DNA of 64,000 nt from an uncultured virus (IMG/VR IMGVR_UViG_3300033143_002397) (taxonomy: Duplodnaviria; Heunggongvirae; Uroviricota; Caudoviricetes). Under the pieces are notes generated by a model. It saw nothing but the letters and a program-made list of their open reading frames with translations, had not been told where the DNA came from and did no database searches. The position numbers and the translations under genes were made by a program. Below are positions 1 through 7,246 of the stretch, piece by piece; position 1 is the stretch's first letter, and each line of letters starts with the position of its first letter. The stretch lies in the IMG/VR virus record IMGVR_UViG_3300033143_002397, one strand, 5' to 3'.

Positions 1-98
1 TCTCTGGGTCGGCCCGCCACCATCGGGAAGCTTGGCTTCCGCTTGTGGGGTCCTCGGTCGGCCCCCTCCATGGGGCGAACGGGTCACGAGCGGTTGCT

Positions 99-881
99 TC
101 ATGCCTTCCAGTCGGAATCGCCGCCGAAAATGGCCTCGTGGTTCCTCCGGCCAGCCTCGTGAAGAGCCTCAGCTCGCTCAGGGTCGATCCCGACACCCTC
201 CCACATGTTGGCCTTCTTGTTCATGAGCGCTTTGAGGCCAGCCAGCTCGCCCTTCCAGGACTTCTGCCAGTTCTTGAGGTCATCCTTGGCCGCAGCCGCG
301 TCAGCTCGCTCCGAAACGGGCATGTACTTCTTGATGATGGGGGAGAAGATCTCGACCACAGTCCCCTTGACCCGCGGGGGGTTCTTGGAGAGCAGGGCGT
401 GGGCTTCCTCGTAGGTCGAGGCGGCCTTCTTGTCCTTCTTGAACTTGTCCCCGTGCTCGTCGGTGTTGGCCTTCCACTCTTCCTCGGCCTTGGGGTCCTT
501 GATGTTGTCCGGGACACCGTCATTGTCCTTGTCGGCGTCCTCACCCTTCTCGAACTTGGCAAGCTTGGCGATCAGCTTCTGCTTGTTCTGGACGACCGCT
601 TTCAGGGCCTCGATGGATGCCTTGGCTCCCTCGATGGACAAGTTGGGGACCTTGCCACCACCCTTGAGCGTCTTGAGGTCTGCCTCGTACTGGCGCAGAG
701 CCTTCTGATCCATCTTGAGCGCCTTCTGCCAGTCGCCCTTGCTGATGGCAGCCTCGACCTCAGCCGCTGATCGCAGCTGGGGGTGATCCGCCAGCGAGTT
801 CTTGGGGATCGACTTCTTCATGTAGCGCAGGATGTCGTCGTGGCTCTTGTTCCCACCCGGACTCACGATGTGGATCTTGCC
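99..881 (-). CDS. C-terminal part of a putative internal head protein, probably a frameshifted continuation of 760..2571
   Basis: Frame has G/C-ending codons from 881 (GGC AAG ATC CAC ATC) and no RBS before GTG866. It shares EEWKANT-x4-DKF and a DxDWKA motif with the upstream ORF. Confidence 0.6.
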   Translation of the reverse strand, partial: GKIHIVSPGGNKSHDDILRYMKKSIPKNSLADHPQLRSAAEVEAAISKGDWQKALKMDQKALRQYEADLKTLKGGGKVPNLSIEGAKASIEALKAVVQNKQKLIAKLAKFEKGEDADKDNDGVPDNIKDPKAEEEWKANTDEHGDKFKKDKKAASTYEEAHALLSKNPPRVKGTVVEIFSPIIKKYMPVSERADAAAAKDDLKNWQKSWKGELAGLKALMNKKANMWEGVGIDPERAEALHEAGRRNHEAIFGGDSDWKA

Positions 882-2571
882 TCAGCAGGTAGCCCTCGGC
901 CGTCTCCTTCTCGTAGAAAGCGTCGACGACCTTCTTGTCCTTGGGCTTGAGGGCCGCGGTGACTGCCTTGGCTTCAGGGGCCTTCCAGTCATCGTCTACC
1001 GAGGCTCGACGAGCATACTCCGCCCACTCGGGCTCCGACATAGCCTCGTCAGGGTTGATGTCCTGAGCGATGCCCAAGAGGTTCTTGGCGATGACAGCAT
1101 GGAGGGTCCTCAGCTGATCCTTGGTCCGGGCCAGCCCGAGGCGGATCTCCGTGAACTCGTCCTCGACGGGGCCGAGCCGTTGCATGAGCCACTTGCTCTT
1201 CATACCGTAGGCGGACAGCCCGTTGAGGACCTCTTTGGCCTCTTCCAGGTACTTCCCCTTGCCCCAGCCCCTGTTGAGCTTCTTGAGGCGCTCCAGGTAC
1301 TCCTTGAACTTGATGGCGTCATCAGCCCCACGAGCGGCTTCCTTCTTGTCGAACTTGTCCTTGTACTTCTCGGTGTTGGCCTTCCACTCCTTGGCCTCTT
1401 CCTCGGTCATGTTCTTCGTGGGGTCAGCCGGCTTGCCTTCCTCGAACTTGGTCTGCTTCTCTTCCTCGGCCTTCTTGTCGAACTTGTCCTTGTACTTCTC
1501 GGTGTTGGCCTTCCACTCCTTGGCCTCTTCTTCGGTCATGTTCTTCGTGGGGTCAGCCGGCTTGCCTTCCTCAAACTTGGTCTGCTTCTCTTCCTCAGCG
1601 ACCTTCCGTCCCAGGGTTCGCAGGATGACCCGAGCCGAGGTGTACACGCTGTTGGCGTCCGTTCCGACGTTCTCCAGCTGAGGGGCGTATTTGCCGGGGT
1701 CCTTCTTGTACTTGTCGAAAGCCGACTTCATGCTCTTGGCGACCTCGCCGATGTTATCGACCTGGCGCTCCAACCGACCGACGTTGACCTTGTCCGCGGC
1801 CGTCTTGCCCCCATCATCGTCGTCCTCATCCTCAGCAGCGATACCGGGCGGGACCGCTTGCTTCTTGCAGGCAATACCGGGTGGGACCGCCTGCTTGTCA
1901 CCCTTGGCGACCGCCAAAGACGCCTGATGACCCTTGACGTGAGTGTCGCCCACTAGACGACGAAGCACAGCTGCGAGCCGGAGCCGACTGGGCTCTTTGC
2001 CGACCTCAACCGGCTGCTCCAGCAGGTCTGCGAACTTGTTCAGCAGCTCGACCTGAGGGGCCTCAGCCTCCGCCTGCTTCTGACCTCGCTCTAGGGCTGT
2101 GATGAGCCCTACCACCTCGTCCTGGGGGAGTTGGAACTCCTGGGTTGTAGCGGCGATCTGTCGTAGCTTGGCGGCAACTTGCTGGGGGGTCATGAGCGGC
2201 TCCGAGTGTCGATTGATTTGACGGATGCGAACATCTTCGAGGACCTTCTCTAGCTGCTGAACCTTCTCTGGGCGCAGGTCCGTCTTGATCTCTTCGTAGT
2301 CGATACGGTTGGCCGCCAAAGCGACAGCCTGGAGGGCCTTTTGCAGCTTGAAGAGGGTGAGGGGTACCGCATGAAGCAGATGTCCGGCTACCTCGTAGAA
2401 CTTGTCCCTGTTGGGAGAGCCCTCGACGAGCCGGACACCCTCGGCGACGTAGCGCACGAGCTGGTCGCAGCGGAGCCGGGCATCGCCCAGCTCTTCCACG
2501 AGATAGATGGTGGCACTGGCCTCCTTGGGGTGGCCAGGCGCTTGCTCTGTACGACCTTCGTCTTCAGACAT
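760..2571 (-). CDS. Lys/Glu-rich modular protein, putative internal head (virion) polyprotein
   Basis: 603-aa ORF with motif B upstream (2604-2613), a 43-aa tandem duplication and many KxA/RxA boundaries (KEA, KQA, KTA, KVA, KKA, RRA). Confidence 0.6.
   Translation of the reverse strand: MSEDEGRTEQAPGHPKEASATIYLVEELGDARLRCDQLVRYVAEGVRLVEGSPNRDKFYEVAGHLLHAVPLTLFKLQKALQAVALAANRIDYEEIKTDLRPEKVQQLEKVLEDVRIRQINRHSEPLMTPQQVAAKLRQIAATTQEFQLPQDEVVGLITALERGQKQAEAEAPQVELLNKFADLLEQPVEVGKEPSRLRLAAVLRRLVGDTHVKGHQASLAVAKGDKQAVPPGIACKKQAVPPGIAAEDEDDDDGGKTAADKVNVGRLERQVDNIGEVAKSMKSAFDKYKKDPGKYAPQLENVGTDANSVYTSARVILRTLGRKVAEEEKQTKFEEGKPADPTKNMTEEEAKEWKANTEKYKDKFDKKAEEEKQTKFEEGKPADPTKNMTEEEAKEWKANTEKYKDKFDKKEAARGADDAIKFKEYLERLKKLNRGWGKGKYLEEAKEVLNGLSAYGMKSKWLMQRLGPVEDEFTEIRLGLARTKDQLRTLHAVIAKNLLGIAQDINPDEAMSEPEWAEYARRASVDDDWKAPEAKAVTAALKPKDKKVVDAFYEKETAEGYLLRQDPHRESGWEQEPRRHPALHEEVDPQELAGGSPPAAISG
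1341..1598. repeat. 129-bp (43-aa) near-perfect tandem duplication, 2 copies
   Basis: CCTTCTTGTCGAACTTGTCC begins at 1341 and 1470; encodes EEEKQTKFEEGKPADPTKNMTEEEAKEWKANTEKYKDKFDKK twice. Confidence 0.95.
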
Positions 2572-2603
2572 ACAACACCCTACGGTTTCACCGGAAGGAG
2601 TCG

Positions 2604-2613
2604 CACAAGAAGA
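2604..2613 (-). promoter_or_regulatory. Motif B (TCTTCTTGTG), putative late promoter element
   Basis: Intergenic, 32 nt upstream of ATG2571; recurs upstream of about 10 structural-region starts. Confidence 0.6.
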
Positions 2614-2916
2614 CTAGGCACCTGGGAAGACGCCGTGTGTCAGCATTCCAGCCAGCTCAGCTCGGCCAGCAGCCGTGCAGAACAAGGTGGAGAGCTGCTG
2701 GGAAGCCTCTTTGTCCTCGATGGCGATGAAGTCGCCCCTGAGCCTGGTGAGTGGAAACTTCCACTGCCCAGTGATCGCAGCCCCCTCACGGACCGCGAAG
2801 CCCATGGTGCGCTTCACAGGGTCGTCGAAGACCAAAACCTCGCCCCTCACCCGCTTGACGTAACCATGGATGTCCCGAAACATCTCCAGGACATTCGTGT
2901 AATCGTCTGCCGGCAT
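2614..2916 (-). CDS. hypothetical protein
   Basis: 100-aa ORF coupled to the upstream gene by a TGATG overlap at 2916. Confidence 0.7.
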   Translation of the reverse strand: MPADDYTNVLEMFRDIHGYVKRVRGEVLVFDDPVKRTMGFAVREGAAITGQWKFPLTRLRGDFIAIEDKEASQQLSTLFCTAAGRAELAGMLTHGVFPGA

Positions 2917-4094
2917 CAGAACGCCTCGGGGAACTCTTCGACCAGGCGAGCCTTGATGTTCATGTCCGACTCAGCCGCACACACCGCCCGGATGATGTCC
3001 GGCCGGTCATCATAGTCCGCCTGGAGCCTGGCGATCTTCTTGCGAGGCGGGTCAGTGAAGACGTAGTTGGCCGGGAAGTCCTTGCAAATCGCCGTAGCGA
3101 TCTTGCGACAAAGGTCGTCGTCCGCTTCGGTAGGCTCTCGCGAGGCCGCTTTGCTCACGAGGCGAGTCTGGGGCTGAGGCTGGGGCTTCTTGGGTGAAGC
3201 CGTCCTGGTGAAGGTCATTCCCTCTTCCGTGACCTGCTCCACCTCGCCCGTCTGACCCGTGCCGCCCATGTCGGCGATAGCAGTGCCGCCGCCCACGGAC
3301 AGGTTCAGGTCGAACCCCTCACGCTGCTGGTTCTGGGGGGTCGGCATCTGGCGCACGACCTCGGGCTCGACGTAGCCGTGGATGGCTCGCATCGAGGCCA
3401 GCTCTTCCTGGTACTCCGCCAGCTCATCCGCCGTGAGGCCACCACGTTCGATGGCATCCCGGATCAGCTCTTCGCGAGTACGACCCTTGCCCGGTCGGAC
3501 CTTGACCTTGTTGGCCGCCGCAATGGCCGAACCCGCGTGGGTGATGTCAACAGACGCATCCCGAGACTCCTTACCAGCCTTCGTCTGGAAGTGAGAGCCA
3601 GGCACTTCGACACCATCCTGCTGCTCGACAGCCACGCCGTGGAATCGCTGCCCAGCAGTTGATTCCTCTCGGGGAGTACGGTCACGACGATAGTTGGTGC
3701 GATTGCCTTCTCGGGTAGCCGCTGCATGCTGGGCCACGTTGCCGACCTCACGCTCTTCCTCATCGACCGACATGCCGACCGGACGCCGAGGCTTGGGATC
3801 CATGGGGTTGCCACCCTCGGCGTCCCGCATCGTCATCCCAGCAGGCTGAGGCCGCTGGGCCGGAGCGTTCGGATCGTAGCTGGTCGCGGGCACGACCCAG
3901 CCAGCCCTGATGGCCCCTCGTAGTTGAGGCATCACCGTGGGAGAGAGTCCTGCGTAGGAAACGGCTGTTCCGTCGAACTCCAGCTCAGAGCCTTCAGGGA
4001 CCGTGATGCCACTGGCGCCGAGCGAGAAGGAGCGGGTGGCAACGAACGTCTGCGACTGACCGGCTCTGTATTTGATCTGGTTCTGGTGACTCAT
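2916..4094 (-). CDS. hypothetical protein
   Basis: Start refined to ATG4094 (MSHQNQIK) with SD AGGAG; phage-like codon usage. Confidence 0.8.
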   Translation of the reverse strand: MSHQNQIKYRAGQSQTFVATRSFSLGASGITVPEGSELEFDGTAVSYAGLSPTVMPQLRGAIRAGWVVPATSYDPNAPAQRPQPAGMTMRDAEGGNPMDPKPRRPVGMSVDEEEREVGNVAQHAAATREGNRTNYRRDRTPREESTAGQRFHGVAVEQQDGVEVPGSHFQTKAGKESRDASVDITHAGSAIAAANKVKVRPGKGRTREELIRDAIERGGLTADELAEYQEELASMRAIHGYVEPEVVRQMPTPQNQQREGFDLNLSVGGGTAIADMGGTGQTGEVEQVTEEGMTFTRTASPKKPQPQPQTRLVSKAASREPTEADDDLCRKIATAICKDFPANYVFTDPPRKKIARLQADYDDRPDIIRAVCAAESDMNIKARLVEEFPEAF

Positions 4095-4166
4095 TTCAAT
4101 CTGTCTCCTAATTTGAGGTAGACAACCCCATACTAGGGACAAATCAATCAATAGATCCGCAAGGCC

Positions 4167-4586
4167 CTAACTAGGATCAGGGCACAAGGCGGCCAAAGCC
4201 CCCTGAGCCAGAGCGAGGCCCTCTTGATACTGGACCATCTTCTGCTCCAGCTCGACGCGCACCGTTTCGATGAGCTGAGCCATGGCCTCGTCGAAGCTAG
4301 GTCCTACCCCCTCCCACGAATAGGCAGCAACCTCGATGGGCTCGGCACCCTCCAGGTAGTCACCCCCTTCGGGATCGACAGCCTCTTCGGTCTTCAGGCC
4401 CCCGAAGCATTGTAGTGTGGCCTTGATGGTCCACCCAGGCTCGGCAGGCCGTTGCATCGTGAGGGTCGTCTCAGGCCCGTAGTCAGGCTCCAGCTCGAAG
4501 CCGACCTTGACGACGGCCACCTCCGGCAGCGAGCGGGCGTACAGTTGCAGGGTAGTGGTGAGGGCTGGGAACTGTGAATCCGGCAT
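4167..4586 (-). CDS. hypothetical acidic protein
   Basis: ATG4586 lies 10 nt after motif A (CCGGTGTA, 4597-4604). Confidence 0.7.
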   Translation of the reverse strand: MPDSQFPALTTTLQLYARSLPEVAVVKVGFELEPDYGPETTLTMQRPAEPGWTIKATLQCFGGLKTEEAVDPEGGDYLEGAEPIEVAAYSWEGVGPSFDEAMAQLIETVRVELEQKMVQYQEGLALAQGALAALCPDPS

Positions 4587-4596
4587 AGCCGGATCA

Positions 4597-4604
4597 TACA
4601 CCGG
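4597..4604 (-). promoter_or_regulatory. Motif A (CCGGTGTA), putative early/middle promoter element
   Basis: One of 13 minus-strand copies, nine of them 9-11 nt before an ATG. Confidence 0.7.
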
Positions 4605-5126
4605 TCAACAACGGACGCCTGGACCCACGTACTCGAACCACGGAGGGAACCAGAGCCCCTGGCGGTTGTAGCTCTTGGCTCGGGCCGCTTTGGCCTTGGC
4701 CGTGTGCTTCTCGATGGCCTCAAGCTTGTCGTAGTACGTGGCGTCCTCGGTGAGGTGATCGTAGACGATCTCCAGAGCCAGGTCAGGATCACTCGTGTGC
4801 TCCTTCTCGACCTTGAGACCCTTCTCGACCTGCTTCGGGTCCACGTCCTTGGGAGGCCCCTTGTCGGCGAGCCCGCCGGGAAGGCTGTCCTGCCACTCCT
4901 TGGCTGCCCGAGCGGGCTCGAAGGGGAAGGCCGCGCCCTTGCTCTTGAAGAACTGAACCCGAGCCTCGGCCTTCTGGACCTGCTCGTCACTGGGCTTGTC
5001 CGGGCCGAACCACTCCAGGACCCTCTCGCCCTTGCGGTCGAACAGAGCCCATTCCTGCCGGTCCGTGTCCTTGCGGTAGTCCTCCTTGAGGACCGCGACC
5101 CGCTGACGGTCGTAGGAGTACATCAC
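4605..5126 (-). CDS. DUF5661-like domain protein, candidate internal head protein
   Basis: GLKVEKEHT...ALEIVYDHLTEDATYYDKL resembles the DUF5661 pattern; N-terminal YSYDRQRVA; motif B at 5138-5147. Confidence 0.6.
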   Translation of the reverse strand: MMYSYDRQRVAVLKEDYRKDTDRQEWALFDRKGERVLEWFGPDKPSDEQVQKAEARVQFFKSKGAAFPFEPARAAKEWQDSLPGGLADKGPPKDVDPKQVEKGLKVEKEHTSDPDLALEIVYDHLTEDATYYDKLEAIEKHTAKAKAARAKSYNRQGLWFPPWFEYVGPGVRC

Positions 5127-5147
5127 CTGGACGATCCGACAAGAAGA

Positions 5148-5654
5148 CTAGAGCGTAGCCTCGATGACGCAGAGCCCACCGATGCGGCAAATGGCCACCC
5201 GCGAGAACACCGCAGAAACCTCCGGGACGTAGCTCGGGAGTTTGCGGTTCTCCTGCCAGCCGTCCCTCGTCTGCCGTCCCACCCCCGAGCTGTCTCCCTC
5301 GTGGATCTGGACATAGACCACCTTCGCCTGGACTGCGAGCTGGAGAAGCAACGCCCGTCTCTCGGGCTCGGCGATGACGTTGAGTGTGTTGGCCAATGTC
5401 GCCGTCTCGACCCCCTGGAAGATGCGGTCGAGTGCTCGCTCGTTGTGCTGCTCTGACCGGTTGAAGCGGTCGTAAACGACGTTCTCGACCCCGTGCCGAG
5501 CCAGCTCGTTGGTGGCCAGGTCCCACTTGCCCCCGCCTATGTCTGCGTTGACATCACCTCGCTGCCAGCGGCCGGCTCGAAGCAAGGCCCGGATGAGAGC
5601 AGAGACCTGCTTGCGGCAAGTCCTCTCCGAAGTGTAGCGCTGAGCCTGCTGCAT
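5148..5654 (-). CDS. small class I SAM-dependent methyltransferase-like protein
   Basis: Motif I-like ADIGGG, YD after strand 2, and NTLNVI; SD GGAGG before ATG5654. Confidence 0.6.
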   Translation of the reverse strand: MQQAQRYTSERTCRKQVSALIRALLRAGRWQRGDVNADIGGGKWDLATNELARHGVENVVYDRFNRSEQHNERALDRIFQGVETATLANTLNVIAEPERRALLLQLAVQAKVVYVQIHEGDSSGVGRQTRDGWQENRKLPSYVPEVSAVFSRVAICRIGGLCVIEATL

Positions 5655-5669
5655 CCCCCTCCAGTAGCG

Positions 5670-6134
5670 CTACTCAACCTCGTCCGAAGGACCATCCTCC
5701 GAGCCGTCGTAGAGCGGATCCAGCAGCTCGAAGAACTCCGCCTCAGCGTCCTCATCGAGGAAAGCTGCATTGTCGAGGAACTCGAACAGATCCCGCTCAA
5801 TCAGCTCGTCGCCTACCTCGATCTGGACCTTGTCGTCCTCAGGCAGCACGGACCACACGCCACCCTCCTGGTCCTTCTCGGTATCCCAGAAGGGGACCTC
5901 ACCGGAGAAGGTTATCTCGGAGGCCCGCTTGTGCAGCCGATGCTTCTGAGGGTTCTTGTCCCGTCGCTTACGAGTCCGCTTGACCCTGGTGGGGAACTTG
6001 GCCCGGTATTTGGCAGACTGCCGCCGGCTCTTGTTCTTGGTCTGCCGGTAGCGCTTCTGTCGCTTCCGCAGAGCCTTGCCCTTCTGCCGGTAGCGCTTGG
6101 CCACCCGCAAGGCCATTGCCGTGATGACTGCCAT
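5670..6134 (-). CDS. protein with a very basic N-half and acidic C-tail
   Basis: Start refined to ATG6134, just after the TAG of the upstream gene; LRVAKRY followed by an Arg/Lys-rich tract. Confidence 0.7.
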   Translation of the reverse strand: MAVITAMALRVAKRYRQKGKALRKRQKRYRQTKNKSRRQSAKYRAKFPTRVKRTRKRRDKNPQKHRLHKRASEITFSGEVPFWDTEKDQEGGVWSVLPEDDKVQIEVGDELIERDLFEFLDNAAFLDEDAEAEFFELLDPLYDGSEDGPSDEVE

Positions 6135-6135
6135 G

Positions 6136-6468
6136 CTAACGATCTTCACGAAGGATCTTCCCGATCCCCTTGGCCGTCTGCTCCAACTCCTTCCGGCCCT
6201 TTTCGAGATCCTTCTGGACTGCTCGCTGAGCCCTCTGGAGAACCTCACGCTGTTGCTTGGGGCTCAGACCCTTCAAGGCACTGAAACCAGGGAGTTTCGA
6301 CAGGTCTTGTGTTGCGGATACGATTTGCGCTCGCTCACTCACTCGATAGGCAAGTTCATGGAGCTTGCTCGCAACCACCTCGCGATCAGGCTTCTCAGAG
6401 TGGTGGATGAAGGTCCTCAAGGACAGAAGTTCAGCCTGAAGATCCTGGGGAGCAGCAATTCTTTTCAT
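6136..6468 (-). CDS. shared-leader family protein 1 (MKRIAAPQDLQAEL...)
   Basis: N-terminal ~44 aa match those of ORFs 10287 and 32876; motif B 16 nt upstream. Confidence 0.8.
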   Translation of the reverse strand: MKRIAAPQDLQAELLSLRTFIHHSEKPDREVVASKLHELAYRVSERAQIVSATQDLSKLPGFSALKGLSPKQQREVLQRAQRAVQKDLEKGRKELEQTAKGIGKILREDR

Positions 6469-6543
6469 GGCACCGGAGCGAACGCACAAGAAAAGTCTCG
6501 ACGGCTCTCAACAACAGAAGGGCTGGCTCGTAGTAGAGGTCCA

Positions 6544-6921
6544 ATGAGCAACACCACCGACAACACCGCGAACTACGTAGCTGACACCCTCTGCGAGGTC
6601 CGTCGGGCCGGTACCACCGAAGATGGCGAAGATCGCCTTGCCGACATCTGGGTCGTTTTCGTGACCAACGAAGAGGGTCGTCGCTTTCGGGCTCACCGGG
6701 TGTTTCATTCGGACAGCTACCGCACCCATCTCGGTGAGAAGGCAGCTGCTGAGAGCTTCGTTCTGGTCGTTCAGAACGCTCTCGACGCCGGTGACGATCC
6801 CGCAGCTTCGGGTAAATGGTTCGAGGTCGATCCGGCTTACGGCTCGATTGAGTATCAGCGCCTGGATGTCGATGGTCACGAAGCCGCTCGGGAGCGCATG
6901 GACGCCGAACTGGGCCGCTAA
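6544..6921 (+). CDS. hypothetical protein (plus-strand islet)
   Basis: Start refined to ATG6544 (MSNTTDN); fills a gap with no credible minus-strand gene. Confidence 0.7.
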   Translation: MSNTTDNTANYVADTLCEVRRAGTTEDGEDRLADIWVVFVTNEEGRRFRAHRVFHSDSYRTHLGEKAAAESFVLVVQNALDAGDDPAASGKWFEVDPAYGSIEYQRLDVDGHEAARERMDAELGR

Positions 6922-6952
6922 CCCCTCCCCCTACCCCGCAGGAGAACTCAAA

Positions 6953-7243
6953 ATGCCCAAAGGAACTCGGAACATCAAGGTGAGCTACCGGTCGGTTGAC
7001 CGTTACTCGAAGACCCGCAGCTTCAAGACCCTCGAAGGGGCTCAAAAGTTCGCCCAGGAGTGGGTCGGTAAAACCCCCGAGCTGGGGACCGGCTACGCTG
7101 TCTCCGGTGACGGCATCGGCAAGGTCACCGTCGACGGTGCGACCCTCACGGAGCTGTTCCCCAAGCTGGCTCCCTCGGACAGTGGCACTCGTCGATGCAC
7201 CCGCTACAACGAGTACATCGACTCCTACGACCAGCCCTTCTAG
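6953..7243 (+). CDS. hypothetical protein (plus-strand islet)
   Basis: ATG6953 (MPKGTRNIK) with SD AGGAG; converges on the vWA gene stop. Confidence 0.75.
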   Translation: MPKGTRNIKVSYRSVDRYSKTRSFKTLEGAQKFAQEWVGKTPELGTGYAVSGDGIGKVTVDGATLTELFPKLAPSDSGTRRCTRYNEYIDSYDQPF

Positions 7244-7246
7244 GGC

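Noticed and set aside
1..102. Possible partial minus-strand ORF starting at ATG102 (MKQPLVTRSPH...)
   Set aside because: The ATGA overlap is suggestive, but only 34 codons are visible and no motif supports it.
1341..1598. Tandem repeats as a possible CRISPR array
   Set aside because: Units are contiguous, in-frame coding duplications with no unique spacers; the same holds for 11111-11150 and 46057-46166.
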